Of a stretch of DNA of 64,000 bases, positions 37,103 through 50,490 are shown one piece after another. The first letter of the stretch is position 1, and each line of letters starts with the position of its first letter. The notes under the pieces were generated by a model, which ran no database searches, was not told the origin of the DNA, and worked only from the letters and a program-made list of their open reading frames with translations. The position numbers and the translations under genes were made by a program. The DNA comes from Felis catus (lineage: Eukaryota), in the NCBI RefSeq assembly GCF_018350175.1, contig NC_058368.1, positions 110,238,001 through 110,302,000 of the forward strand. Reading direction: 5' to 3'.

Positions 37103-39618
37103 AATCACTGCAGAGAGCTGAAATGGCCCAGGGCTAGGATGAAATAGCCACAAACCCAGAGCCTTGCAGACCTCTGATCAAGGAATATCCTATATAGGGA
37201 CAGGAGTGAGAACTCAGGCTCACTCAGGCTGTCTTAGTCCACTGCTAATCTTTCCAGGCCCAGGCACTTAGAATTATCTCGGGGAAGCTCAGGGAACAGA
37301 AGCTTGGGGTGACCCACAGCCTGACATTCCTCTAGCTAAAGCTGTGCATGACCCTTGGGAAAGGCCCCTAACTTCAATCCCTGAGCTTTCCTCTGAAGCA
37401 TTAATTGAAAGGAAATAGAAAGGGTTGGTGACTGTGATGCTCAAGGACAATTTCTAACCCCGGTGGCCAGAGAACCTTAATCTGGGGAGAGGAATTTTAG
37501 GTGGGTTGTCCTTAAGTTCTTAAAGGCAACAGGAGAAGAGAGTTGTTTGGTTCTTCTAATTGTGGAATCAAGAAATTTGAACAAAATGTTAAAGACTCTG
37601 ACAGAGGATAGAATGGACATGGGCTAAGTTGTGCCACATGTGCCATCTACTTCCCACTCGAGCTGGGGCAAACGGGTACAATACAGTTTCCCAGCAGCTG
37701 AAAAAGGGCAGCCCTGCCCAGAAAGAGCCAATTTCTGTGGGTTTAGAAGCTAAAAGAGATAGATGTCACTCAACTTTCTGAGGTCCCCTGACTGTAGGAG
37801 AGAGCTAGCAAGCTCCCCTGTATGTGAGCGAGGGTAGAATGGTAAAGGAAACTTCATCTCTTCGCCCAGATGGCAATCTTAATTTGAAAAGGACCTACTA
37901 CTCCAGTCAAATTTGGATAGCTCCCTTCTCGAATCCCTACATCTGCAGCCATTAAAGAAGTTACCTCAAAAGAAGCTAGGAGTTTATTAATCTGTTTTAT
38001 AGAAGAGAGTTAGCCAGTTCACATTATACCAAGACAGATTATGCAGGCAACTGAGAGATCCAGAAAACATCTGCTAAACAAAATCAAAATTAATGGTAAA
38101 CAGAATGCAACTCTTGATAGCTGAAGTTCACCCAGATGCAGAGAACTATAAGGGGGCTATTAGAAGCAGCTGCCAATTAGGGACTAATTCCAAGAATTTT
38201 CAGAAAGGGAGGCTCTAGTCACACAGTGGGAACTGGCAGGTTATGTTTATTTAGGCGATTTGCATTGCTAAGGAGTCAGAGGCACTGGGCTGTGTGACTG
38301 TCACTCCTCTCTTTTTCTTTTCTGGGAAGACAGCAGCAGCATCCCTGCTCTCAGGTCTCCCTCACAGCCCTGCTGGAAGCGAGGCCAGGCTGGTCTGGAC
38401 TAGAACATGTAAGTGATCCATCACTGGGAGGGTGGATAATGCAGTATGACACTGGTGCCCACCCCAAAACTCATAGCCTCTAATCACAACACAATCACAG
38501 ACATCTGGGATAGTTTATAGATCACCCATGTTCCTAAGAGATGGCTGACAAGGGCTGAATTATCCTGGCCACTTGCTCAGCTCACTCAAGTGTTCTCTCA
38601 TGGTGTAATTCAACATGATGGAGTCAGTTAGAGAAAAGTACTGGTTTGAGTAGATGAATTCGGGCAGACACAATCAGCACTGGCCCTCACAACGGACACA
38701 GGAGTGTCTTGGAGTGGTGAAGTCGGCACCTTTGGTTGAAGCCTTAGACGAAGTTGAAATTAAATTGTGGATGCCTAGAGGGGGGTAAGAACACCTGCAG
38801 TGGAAAGCAGATGAAGATGCAGGCATGTCTTCTCGCGGTGAGCACAGGTGGGTCCTGGGAAACTAGGGTGATACAGGACTGCCCTGAAGGAGGAAGGGCT
38901 CAGTCAGCTGGGGTGAGCATATGCCCTTCCCAAAAGACATCCTACAAGTCTTGCAGTCCTGCCACACCTCCTGATACTATATATTTCCCTTCAGGTTCCC
39001 CTGAGAGCCCTTACCACAAATCCAACTTGGAAAAAAGTGACCCCTAGACAGTTTTCTTCCAAGAGTCCCTCTTAGCTCTCCAGGCTTGGCAGTAGGCACA
39101 AATGAACAGAAGAGAGGATCAGTGCATTAAAGGGACATTGGTCCAGAGGGAGCCCTAGTTCCCACAAACAAGCATGGAAAACAAGGAAGGAGTCTCATGT
39201 GTAAGATGCTCTCCTCTCTCCTCTGTCATGGGTTGCTGAGGGTCACAAGACAGAAAGACTAATGTAAAAGCTCTCTGAAAACTTGAGAACTGATAAGTTA
39301 TTATTATTACTATGCCACTATTCTGTTCATGCAATGCACATGGAAAGCACATGAGCCAAGTCATGTGCTCATCCTGGGCAATGAGGAAGCACTCTTTCTG
39401 CCTGAACTTCCTAGAGTAGACCTTCAAAGGACATTGCATGGAATGACAGCCCTGAGATGGTCAAAACCAACAAAATTAAGGCACCATGGGAAACTAAGTT
39501 TGAGAAATGCTGCATATTATACCCACTTGTGAGTCATATTTAACATCTTAAAGGTCTAATAGGTTCTGCAGTCAAAGTAGGAACAACGAGCGCAATGTTG
39601 AGTCCAGCATTGGCCAAA

Positions 39619-40058
39619 TGCATTATTTTCCTAGGGCTGCTACAACAAAGCTCCACAATCTGGCTGTTTTTAAACAAGAGACATTTGTTTTCTCACATTT
39701 CTGGAGGCCAGAAGTCAGAAAACAAGGTTTTGTCAGAGCCACATGCCTTCTGGAAGCTTTAGATGATTCTTCCTTGCTTCTTCATAGCTTGTGGTACTTG
39801 CCAGCAATCTCTGAAATTTCCTGGTTTCTAGTCCTCCCTCCTATCTCTACTCCATTATCACAGGGTGCTCTCCCAGCATTTCCCTCTTCTAATAAGGGTA
39901 TTACTGATAGGATTAGGGCCCCCTCCTAAACCAGTACAATCTAATCTTAACTTGATTACATACTTGCCAAGAAAACTATTTCCAAATAAGGTCACATCCA
40001 CAGGTTCTGAGTTAAGATATTAACTATCTATTCTGAGGACACAATTCAACCCATAACA
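39619..40058 (-). mobile_element. MLT1C solo LTR, full length
   Basis: tgcattattttcctagggctgctacaacaaa...ctatttccaaataaggtcacatccacagg...gacacaattcaacccataaca; caaa flanks both ends. Confidence 0.9.
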
Positions 40059-40758
40059 CAAAGCTTATCTGAACGTGGAACACTTTGATCAATTAAGAAT
40101 ATCCAATGTATATCTACAGAACACTTCTTAAAAAGTTCCGTTCTCAAACCAAAGCACTCAGTGCCTCACTTGTGTGTCACTGGAACAGAATCAGAGTGAA
40201 AAGACAATACACATTTAGCAATGGGTGGTTTGCACTTAATTCAGAAAACAATTGTTGAGCAACTAGATCCCTGGACTGGGGCCATGAAGAATCTGCGATG
40301 AATGAGGTGAGGGTCTCTATTCTTAGAAAATGACATGATAGGATCCCTTAACTCCAAGATAAGGTAGAGTAAGTTAAACACTTTAAAAAAGACAGTTGGA
40401 GATATGAGGGAGAGGTGGCATTTCACAAAGATTAGGGACCAAGAGCGTTCAGGGTGCAGGAACAGTGTGATCAAAGCTAGAAGCAAGTAAGTGGGCTACA
40501 ATCTGAGAACCCTAACAGCACGGGATCTCAGGCTGAGAGGAGTGCAGAAGGAAATAAGGCAGACAGCATGTCTAAGGCACACAGTACATTTGAGTCACCT
40601 TAATGATATCCAACCCCACTGCGATTTAGCCTAGACTCCATTCCCACTGCTAATTCTCTCTCAGTTCTCACTTCACAGCCTTGGTCTGTCACCAGCAGTT
40701 TCGAAAAGTCAGGTAGTATGAAGTTGTGGCTCATCATCCATGATGGGGATGAGCGGGA

Positions 40759-40881
40759 GGGGCACCAGGGTGGCTCAGTCTGTTGAGCATCCAACTCCTG
40801 ATGTCAGTTCAGGTCATGATCCCAGTGTTGTGGGACTGAGCCCCATTTCAAGCTTTGCATTGAACATGGGGCCTGCTTGAG

Positions 40882-40925
<44 letters not shown>

Positions 40926-41033
40926 CCTCCCTCCCTCCTTCCCTCCCTCCCCCTCTCTGCCCCTCTCCTCTGCTTGCACATGCTCTCTCTCTTTTGCTCT
41001 AAAATAAAATAAAAAAATTAAAAAAATTTTTTT
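40759..41033 (+). mobile_element. CanSINE with expanded (CT)n/(CCCT)n, within a MIR
   Basis: ggggcaccagggtggctcagtc...tcaggtcatgat...aaataaaataaaa. Confidence 0.93.
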
Positions 41034-41205
41034 AAATGGGATAATATCTTGGATTGTGTGACCCAGAAGCTATCTCCTCCAGAGCTCTCCAAAATCTCCT
41101 GGGCCTGGTAAACTAGGTAGAAAAATTCAGCGTTACTTAATTGTTGCTCTTTCAATTTTAGCTGTGAAATAACCCTAAGTGGTTGTTACGAGACAATAAT
41201 GTCTT

Positions 41206-41408
41206 TTTTTTAAATGTTTTATTTATTTATTTTGAGAGAGAGAGAGTGAGGGGAAGGGACAGAGAGAAAGGTAGAGAGAGAATCCCAAGCAGGCTCCACA
41301 CTGTCAGTGAAGAGCCCAATGTGGGCTTTGATCTCATGAACTGTGATGTCATGACCTGAGCCTAAATCAAAAGTCGGGCACTTAAACAACTGAGCCACCC
41401 AGGCACTC
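41206..41408 (-). mobile_element. CanSINE
   Basis: TSD caataatgtctt at 41194-41205 / 41409-41420. Confidence 0.95.
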
Positions 41409-41576
41409 CAATAATGTCTTCGTTTTGTCTGTAGAAATAATCATTTATTGAAATATTTGTAGTACTTTTATTATTTTTATACTTGTACTACTCTTCTGAA
41501 GATTAACAGCCCCACCATTCAAGCAAGTGAATTCTCAGGACTTAAAATACTTGGAATCAACCTGTAAGGCCCCACT

Positions 41577-41621
41577 CTTCCTTCCTTCCTTCCTTCCTTC
41601 CTTCCTTCCTTCCTTCCTTCC
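41577..41621 (+). repeat. (TTCC)n microsatellite
   Basis: About 11 TTCC units. Confidence 0.95.
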
Positions 41622-43556
41622 TGTCAGGTTATATGCGTTGGCATTCAGGCAGTATGCTATTTCAGGGACTCTCAAACACTCAACTTTGACAAAAACAAGC
41701 AAGAAAGACATCAGTTCACAACGGGAGAAAATAAGTTTACGTGATGTCAGGACAAATTTGCCAGTACAAACCCAAAGTATATGTTCCCAGTCAGCCAGTT
41801 GTAAGAGCTGCTGCTTTCAAAGAGAAGTTATGAATGAATACAGCACAGCCCAACCACACCTTTGCTCATACTCTAACAATGTCAGTGTTCAGTGGATTTG
41901 GAGCCTGAGGTCTCATCAAGCCTTTTAATGCCTCTAAGCAAAAATACACATGATTTCCTCATATCCCAGCCTTACCATTAAAGACATTTCACACTGCGAA
42001 CACAAGGACAGTGAGATTCCAGAACAGTCAGGTTTATATGCGATTCCATAATGCAAATTAATTCCAAAAATTCATACTCAGGGCTATTGACATGAATTAA
42101 ATAGTATTCAAAACCAAATTTCATGCCGACCTCTCTGCTTAAGGCTATTTTCTTTCCAATTTACATGGTCATCAATAAGAAACATGTCCTCACAGCCCCA
42201 CCCATATCCATCCAATTTCATTTAGTTTTGATATCCACACAATGCAGTTTACCCTACAGATGCAGTTCAGAGGGTTTTGAGCCCAAAACAAGAGATGATG
42301 CCAAATGGGAATGGAAGCCACAAAGTTCATCCTATGGCCACATTACCCAGATCCTTTGAATCCAGGGTTCCAGCACCATGAATAACAGGAATCAACAGGT
42401 TGGATTCGTTTACCAATACAGATAGCAGGGAAGGCTTAGGTTTCCAAGCTCTAGAAACATAATTTGATAACATGACATTCTATGTCTTTCATACTGGTGC
42501 TTAAAATAAGAACTAATCATGAGCCAAGGATATATTTAATTTAGAAGTCAATAAGAAACTTGCTCACATTTTTTTCGATTGCCACTCTTTTTAGAGACAG
42601 GGCTACGGAGAAGTTTGTGGTTAAAACGAAAACCCATGGTCAGACCCTAGATCAAGAAGCCACTTTGATTTCTGACTTCATCTTTCTATCCCTGCAATAA
42701 AGAGATGATTGGCAAAGATTCCACAAGTCATACAAAAGACATCTTCTTATAGACAGAAGGTATTGCTGCAAATGAGTAAGGAAAACTTCAATTTCCACTA
42801 AGACTTTTCAGAAATCACCACCCATATACACTTACCTCAGAGACCAGAAAACAAATGTGCTAGAGAAACTGGTAGGGAAAATGAACATCATGGAATTGTT
42901 TCAAAAGGGAAAATAATTGGCTATTTCTATTTCAGCTTAGCTAAAGCTGTAAAAATCTAATCAGAAATATTTTTCACAATGCCATCTTCTCCCAGATATT
43001 GAAATATTTCAAATCATAAACGATTTTTTTATTGTTGATGTTGTTTTCGCTTCATGAAATCAAATAATTACTTCGAACTTCACTCAAATATGAGGCTTCT
43101 TTCAAGACTGCAAACATGATCATGAATAAGCCAGTTCCCTAGACCTCACCTATGATGCTTGAAGGTAGAGGACTTCATTTTCACAAGCAAACATGGCTTT
43201 CAGTTCTTACAGTTCTCAGAGACAAGTACCAGTCAGCACCCAGAAAAGGCCACATGAAATTTCAAAGAACAAGCTTCCCATAGGCGGAAGTTCATCTTAG
43301 CTTCAACAGACTACTTCGAAAATGTCAGCACTGCGAAGGAAATGGGTATGCATGCATTTTCCCTACCTTCTCTTCTTGTGACTTCAAAGCTTCTGGACTC
43401 CTGCAAGAAAAGAAAGATTTTGTATTTCTGAAGAATAATTCATAGGTACAGATACTTGCAAAGATCTCACCTTTGTTACTCATTCACTTATTCACAAAAA
43501 GGTGAACAATCTCATAAGAACATGACATTCAGCAATGCTGGGTCTACTAAACTCTC

Positions 43557-43557
<1 letters not shown>

Positions 43558-43596
<39 letters not shown>
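43558..43596 (+). repeat. (CA)n microsatellite
   Basis: About 19 CA units. Confidence 0.97.
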
Positions 43597-43597
<1 letters not shown>

Positions 43598-45148
43598 GTA
43601 AATGTAAACAACTTGTTGCTTTGGGGGCTTAGGCAACAAATATATTGTTAATCAATCAGTTTTTAAGGAACAGAGCCAGTTCTCATGGTCTTCCTTATGT
43701 GGAACCTGGGCTGGTACCAAGTGTTAAGGAAGACCTTGTCACAGACTGATACCACATCTTCCACCTTGACTGTAGGTTCTGTAGGGCTTGGGGAAAACAT
43801 AAGTAGACCAGGGCCAGAATTATCTGACCTGCAGTAGGTTGTGATTTGTGGTGCCATAATGAAGACCCCCCAGTGCTCCTGTGTGGGTCAATGGCATGAT
43901 GTAGCAATGGACTATGCTCAACTCAGTAGTTTCCAAAGGATGAAATCCTAAAGACAATTTGGACAGCCAGTCTGTGCCACTGAACTAAATTAAGCCCTTG
44001 ATTTGTTTTGTTTTATTTTTTAATTCAATCCCATCTTCCTGCTATGTGTAGGTGAATAAGCAAAGTGCTTGAGAAGTTACATAAGTGAAGCAGACAGAAT
44101 TCTGCATTGAAAACATTCACAGTTGAACAGAAGGCTACAGAACAAATACAAATTATGGAGAAGTAAAGGGGTGGTTTTACCTTGAAAAAAAAACACCAGT
44201 GTATTCATATTCAGGTGGAAACATAAAGAAAAGCCTTTTTAAAAGAGCCTTTGAAAATAGCACTGCAGAAGGGGCAGGCTTTCAGACAAGAGTAAGGGAG
44301 GAGGGTACACTGGGAAGTGAGAAAGGCTTAAGAAAAGGCAGGGTATGCTCAGGAAGCAGGAAGAGGCCCAGTGAGAAGTAATGGGGAGAAAGGCTGGGAA
44401 CATATACTGTGGTTTCACAACTAACAAAAAGTATCCACAATTCAGCACAAATAACAGGTTTAGGATAAAAAGTTTAATGTTGAGAGTAAGTTGAAAAGCT
44501 ATGCTAGCAACCAAAGAAGAGAAAATAAAGTATCAAACTTACTCCAACTTCTCACCATCATAACCAAGAACACCATTCAGTACCAGCACTTTTTAAGCAA
44601 ACGACATGTTTTTCACAACTTAGCATTCTTGTCTAGCAAACTTTTGGGGTCAGAAGGCAGAGGCAGTAAGAGAGATGAAACTGAGGAGGCAAAGTTTGTT
44701 CCCCATCCCCAAATTACATTCTTAGACTGCCACCTCTGTAATGAGCCAAAAGACTAAGTGGAGACCAATGGAAAATATATGCTATAGGCCAGCAGCCCAT
44801 CAGCACAGCACAGTTAAACAAATGAGCTTCCGGGATGCTAGTTCCTGGAGGGGCACTCACCAGCTCAGGGTTCAGAAGAGGGAACACAGAGAATGGTAAG
44901 TGTTATGACAGATATGTAAGCTGCAAGGCACGTCATACACAGAGCTAACCCAGCCCCTCTGATACTGCTCCTCAGCAATCTGTTCCAGGGGCTGGCACCA
45001 CATCCCTGGAAATAACTAGTATTTTTGGAAGAGGAGAAATGCATAAACAATGTGTACACCTCAAGAAGAATTTAGGGATGTTTTATTGCAATTGCACAAA
45101 AGTGATAAATTAAGGAAAGCTGACATCTGCATAATGCTGTATCTTCTT

Positions 45149-45396
45149 TTTTTTAAATAAAAAGAAGTAGTTTTAGTATTTCCTTTTTTTTTTTTTTTTA
45201 GTTTATTTATTTTGAGAGAGAAAGTGCAAGCAGGGAACAAGCAGAGAGAAAGGGATAGAGAGAGAGAATCCCAAGCAGGCTCTGCACTGCCAGCTGAGGA
45301 GCTTGACATGGGGCTTAAACTCAGGCAATGTGAGGTCATGACCTGAGCTGAAATCAAGATTCGGTCATGTAACTGACTGAGCCACCCAGATGCCCC
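45149..45396 (-). mobile_element. CanSINE with an extra 3' segment between two A-tails
   Basis: SINE body at 45184-45396. Diverged TSD aatgctgtatcttctt (45133-48) / aatgttgtaccttttt (45397-412). Confidence 0.93.
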
Positions 45397-45414
45397 AATG
45401 TTGTACCTTTTTAT

Positions 45415-46490
45415 GTAACAACATGGTATCTTTAATAATTTGTTCAAGTCTACTATCATTTCTTTCAAGAGTATGTTATAATTTTCCTGTATGTATTCTA
45501 AATATTCCTTTTTTGCATATCATTTGTTACCACAAATAGAATTTCTCTTTGATTATATTTTCTAACTGCTTTTTGTTTGCAAGATTGTAATTAATTTTTA
45601 TACATGGATTTTTAACCAGCCACTTGACTAAATTTCTTATTGCTTGAAATAGTTATTCCATGGCTTCTTTTGGGGTTTCCATTTATATATTTATATAATC
45701 TTCCAATACCTAAGATTTTATCTCTTTCTTTGCGATTCTTAGGTCTCTTGTGTCTTTCTTGTCTTATTGCTTTAGCTAATTCCTCAATCTAATGTTACAT
45801 GCTGTGAACATCATGGGCCTACTGGTTTGGTTTCTGACTTTAAGAAGAAAATCTTTACTGTTTCCCTATTAAGGGAAACAAAATGGTGGCTTTTGGCCCA
45901 AGGCATGCTTATCCTATTAATGAAATACATGCACATTTTATTGAGTCTTTGAAATAAATGTATGTTCTGGCTTGTCCTTTTACTTGTTTATTTATTGACT
46001 GTTTCCCTCCCCTGGAATGACAGTTGGGATGGCGCCAGTATCTTTTTCATTCTTGTATCCTCAGGGCTATAATGGAGCAGATGCTCACTACTTGTTGAAC
46101 AAAAAATTAAAAATGTGTGTTGAGTTTTAGCAAATATTTTTTCTGAATTTATGGAGGTTATCATGGGATTCTTTTTCTCCCTTGTACTATTAATATGATG
46201 ACTTACCTAATAGACTTCATGGTATTCACCTGTCTGTTTCTGGAGTAAGCATTTCTTAAACATGATGCACTTTTTAAAATATATTACTGGATTCTGTTAT
46301 TATGGTAAATGTACTTGCATTAATATTCATAAATGAAATTGGTATATTATTTTTAGGTGCCATTTTTCTCAGATTTAGAAATTAAAATGATACCAGCTTC
46401 ATATAATGAATTCAGAATTTTTCCTTAAACTCTGCTCTGAAATAGTTTAAGTAAATGGGATTATCAGATCTTTAAAAGTTTCTTCAACTT
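45415..46490 (-). mobile_element. ancient L1 ORF2 fragments
   Basis: cagccacttgactaaatt, gtttctgactttaagaagaaaatc and taatattcataaatgaaattggt reverse-complement L1 motifs; L2-like piece at ~45985-46100. Confidence 0.7.
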
Positions 46491-47217
46491 CATTTCTCAG
46501 GTATTAATTAAAAGGGGAGGAAGTAAAGGGTCAGAGAGGTTAAACTTGTCCAACATCTCACATTTTGGTCAGTGGCCTGCTGGGATTTAAATTTCAAACC
46601 TTATGCACTTAACAGAGCTTATGCACATCTCCACTTAATTTATAGAGGTAGTGTGAAATCAGATGACAGATATTTTCAATTCAGGCTATGAAAGAAGAGC
46701 TTGCAAAGTTGGATTTAAAAAAAAAGTTTGTAAGGCATGGGAGAAAAAGGCAGCCAGAACTTAAATAGTCAATATTCAGAGAGAATAAAAGTCCTTTGAG
46801 GTGCTACATTTTCCTCTTAGGGTACTGTTTTGCATAAAGGCTGGGGGGAAAACAAGTGATGGTTTAGGGCTTAAAGAAGTCTGAGTTGAGAGATACCAGA
46901 GTTGTGGCTATCAAAGTAGCTAGAACTTGAGGGTCTGAAATCCTGGAAAGAACCAGAAGGAAGTGAGCCCAATAATCTGCACCCAGCTTCCTGTTGAGTT
47001 ATAAGATTATGTCTGAGCTGCACATATAAAGGCAAGAGGATGACAAACAAGCAAAAATTAGTCTCAAACAAGCTAAAAAACTAAGACTTTTTCCAAGAAA
47101 AAGTGACCCTGATAAATGCAGCTGACTTTTAGTTGAGATCATAAACTATCAAAGAATTTCTATTCCTAGTAGATCAAGATGGTCTGCCAGTATTCTAGGT
47201 CTAAAAAACAAAAGTCA

Positions 47218-47425
47218 GGGGCACTGGGGTGGCTCAGTTGGTTAAGCATCCTACTCTTGATTTCAGCTCAGGTCATAATCTTGCAGTTCATGAATAAGGA
47301 CCTGCATTGGGCTCTGTGCTGACAGCGTGGAGCCTGCTTGGGATTCTCTCTCTCTCCTTCTATCACTGCCCTTTCTCCCCTCACAAAGTAAGTAAATAAA
47401 CTTTAAAAAAGAAGAAATAAAAAGA
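47218..47425 (+). mobile_element. CanSINE
   Basis: ggggcactggggtggctcagttggttaagcatc...ggagcctgcttgggattctctctc. Confidence 0.94.
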
Positions 47426-47937
47426 AAAGTAAATCCTCTCTGGAAGACAAAATTATCCACAGGCTTTACAATTTTTCATACATAATTTCCAACACTCAAT
47501 CCAAAATTACGGTATGGCAGGAAATGAGATCAAATGACTAAAATCCAATAAAAATATACAGCAAAGATAGACTCATACTTTATCCAGATTCCAGAATTAT
47601 CACACACAAGCTCAAGAATGATTATAACTAATCTTCTCAGGAAAATAGAAGAAAAGATGCTGAATTTCATCATAAAATCGCAATCCATTGAAAAGGAATC
47701 AAGTGAAAATTCTAGAACTAAAAGTTAAACACCAAAGAATTCAACAGATGGATTTAACACAAGATTAAACACAACTAAGAGTAAGCTAGAAGCTAGAGCA
47801 GCATAAAATAATCAGATTGAAGATCTTAAGGGAGAAAATAAAGAAGGAAAAATTTTAAAAAGAGTTTAAGAGACATTAAGGACATGGGAAAAGGTTCAAC
47901 AAGCATGTAATTAACAAATTTGACCTACGTCTATCGC

Positions 47938-47953
47938 AAAAGAAAGAAAGAAA

Positions 47954-48023
<70 letters not shown>
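47938..48023 (+). repeat. (GAAA)n microsatellite
   Basis: About 20 GAAA units with one interruption. Confidence 0.96.
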
Positions 48024-48025
<2 letters not shown>

Positions 48026-48852
48026 GTGGAAGGAAGGGAGAGGGAAAGAGGGAGGGAAGAAGGAAGCATGGAAGGAAAGAATTTGAAATTGAGCAGGAAA
48101 CCACACACATCCAATTTTGGGGTTGATAACAAAGATGTACATGAAACACTGTAACCAACAACTGCATACTACTTATTCACCTCAATTGTCCATTCAACAT
48201 TTATAAAAACTGACCATATGCTGAGCCATCAAGAAGTTTCAGCAAGTTTCAAATTACTAAAATCATATAGAAAACAAATACAGTTTTGTGACTATAGTGA
48301 AATTAAATTACAGGTCAATAACAGTTGGGTATGGAGAAAAATCTCAAAATACTGACCCATGGATTTATAAGTATGTCGCATAATTTCAAAAAGAAAATCA
48401 CAAAAGAAGTAAGGCATTTTGAACTGAATGACAATTGAATTGTGGCATTTAAGAAAGTGTGGGATGTGGATAAAGCAGAGCTTTGAGGGAAATATAACCT
48501 TAAACGCATATGTTAGAAAACAGTAAAGGATAGAAATCGATGACCTAAGCATCTATCTCTGAAAGCTGGGAAAAGGACAATTTAAGTCCACAAAAAGTAG
48601 TAAGAAACAAATATGATAGGAGCAGAAATCAATAAAATGAGGGGAAATATATACCATAAAAATTTAAAGCCAAAAGTTGGTTCTGTGAAAAGATTAATAA
48701 ACTTGATGGATCCCTCCCTAAGAAGGAGAAGGGAGGGAGGGAGGGAGGAAGGACACAGAATTTGAAATTGAGCAGAAAACCATACATATGCAGCTTCTGG
48801 GTTGATGACAAAAGTGTCAATGCAATAGGATGGGAAAAGGATGGCTTTTTTC

Positions 48853-48952
48853 TTCTTTCTTTTTTCTTGTTTTAAATATTTTATTTTATTTATTTTTTTA
48901 AATAGATGAAATTTATTGTCAAATTGGTTTCCATACAACACCCAGTGCTCAT
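48853..48952 (-). mobile_element. ultra-short young felid L1 3' tip
   Basis: atgaaatttattgtcaaattggtttccatacaacacccagtgctcat is the reverse complement of the L1 end at 17172-17218. Perfect TSD aggatggcttttttc at 48838-52 / 48953-67. Confidence 0.92.
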
Positions 48953-49509
48953 AGGATGGCTTTTTTCAACAGATGGTGGGAGATCAACTGGATACCCATG
49001 TGGAAAAAAAAAAGAACCTCTTATAACAAACATAAAAAGTATTTCAAGGTGAACTGTAGATCTCAACGTGAAAGAAAAAACAATTATGTTCCCACAAGAT
49101 ACCTTAATAGAGGATCTTCACCACCTTTAAGCAAGTGAAAATTTCTTAAATGGGATGTGAAAGGTAGCACCATAAAGGAAAAGAATGATACACTGGACTT
49201 TATTAAATGAAGATTTGTGTTGATTATAAGACAGAATTAAGACAGTGAAAAGTCAAGCCATTAAGGGTAATATATTTGCAATACACATACCTGCACACAA
49301 AGTACTCGTGCAGAATATAGAAAATAGTTTTGCAAATAAACAAATACAAATCACATAACTAAAAAATGAACAAATGCCTTGGAAAGGAAATTCCCAAGTT
49401 AAAACCACAGGAGGACACTGCTATACACAAACAGAAAAAAAAAAACAAAAAACAAAAAACAGTAACATCAAATGCTCACAAGGATACGGAGCAACCCTAA
49501 TTCTACTCC

Positions 49510-49730
49510 TGAGGAATCAGCACTGGCAGGAGTCTCCTCACTGGTCTGAGTGTCAGTTCGACAGGGCTCCTCCCTGCAGACCAAAGCTGCTCCCTGCCGC
49601 CAGTGCTGTTAGTTATCTCAGGGTTTCCTTTTTTGGGGCCTTTTTAATCCTTTAATACCTGTTCAACCAATTCCCTATATTAAATTCTATTAAAAGAAAA
49701 ACAGTGTGAGTTCTGTTTTCCCAACTCAAC
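49510..49730 (+). mobile_element. ERVL-type LTR 3' fragment
   Basis: aaccaattccctatattaaattc...agtgtgagttctgttttcc resembles old ERVL LTR termini. Confidence 0.5.
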
Positions 49731-50264
49731 GGTTCCTCCCCTGGGTAAGTTCCCAACATAAGCTGGTCTGCAAGAGCATCAAACAGTGCATGTAACTGCC
49801 CATTACAGTACAACACATAATAGCCAAGAACCATCCAGATGCCCACCAAAAGAAAAAGGTGTAGATAAATGTTGGCATATCCATACAATGGAAAACTTCA
49901 TGGCTATGCCAGAGAACAGATACAATACGCAATAACTGAAATCAACCTCACAGACAGGATTTCAACTTTGATGTCAAGCAAAAGAAAGCAGACACAGAAG
50001 AGCACAATTTGTAGGATTTTATTTCTCTAATGTTCAGAAGCAAAGAAAAGCAATTCCTGGTGACAGATTAGTGGTCACCTTTGAGAAGATTATAACTGAG
50101 GGGACACATAGGTGGTTTCTGGCGTGCTGAGAATGTTCTAAATTGTGATCTTGATGGCGGTCACATGGGTGTGTCCACTTTGTAAAAATTCATTGAGCTC
50201 TTACATTTAGGATATATACAATTTGCTCTATATAGGATATGCTTCCATTAAAATTAAAAAATGA

Positions 50265-50490
50265 GGGGCACCTGGGTGGCTCTGTAGGTTAAACGTCTGA
50301 CTCTTGATTTTGGCTCAGGTCATGATCTCACGGTTCATGAGTTCGATCCCCAAGTCGGGCTCTGTGCTGATAGCCCAGGACCTTGTCTTCCTCTCTCTCT
50401 GCCTTATTTCCCTCTCACCCTCTCTGCTCCTCCCCTGCATGCACACACACACTCTCTCTCAAAAATAAACATTAAAAATAATAATAATAA
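50265..50490 (+). mobile_element. CanSINE
   Basis: ggggcacctgggtggctc...ctcaggtcatgatctcacggttcatgagttcga. Confidence 0.94.

Larger units (their letters stand above)
47060..50250 (+). mobile_element. ancient, internally deleted L1 (L1M) with nested insertions
   Basis: ORF1/ORF2-like pieces (gaccatatgctgagccat, agccaaaagttggttctgtgaaaagattaataaa, ttcaacagatggtgggagatcaactggatacccatgtggaaaaaa) and an L1M 3' UTR (cacatgggtgtgtccactttgtaaaaattcattgag). Confidence 0.75.

Noticed and set aside
42836..42946. Possible 111-nt minus-strand exon (tttttacag acceptor, GAG|GTAAGT donor)
   Set aside because: It has stop codons in all three frames and no partner exons. It could only be non-coding, which cannot be supported without RNA data
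47920..48126. K/E/R-rich ORF (also the KTKQN ORF at 520-795)
   Set aside because: These are translations of the (GAAA)n and (AAAAC)n microsatellites
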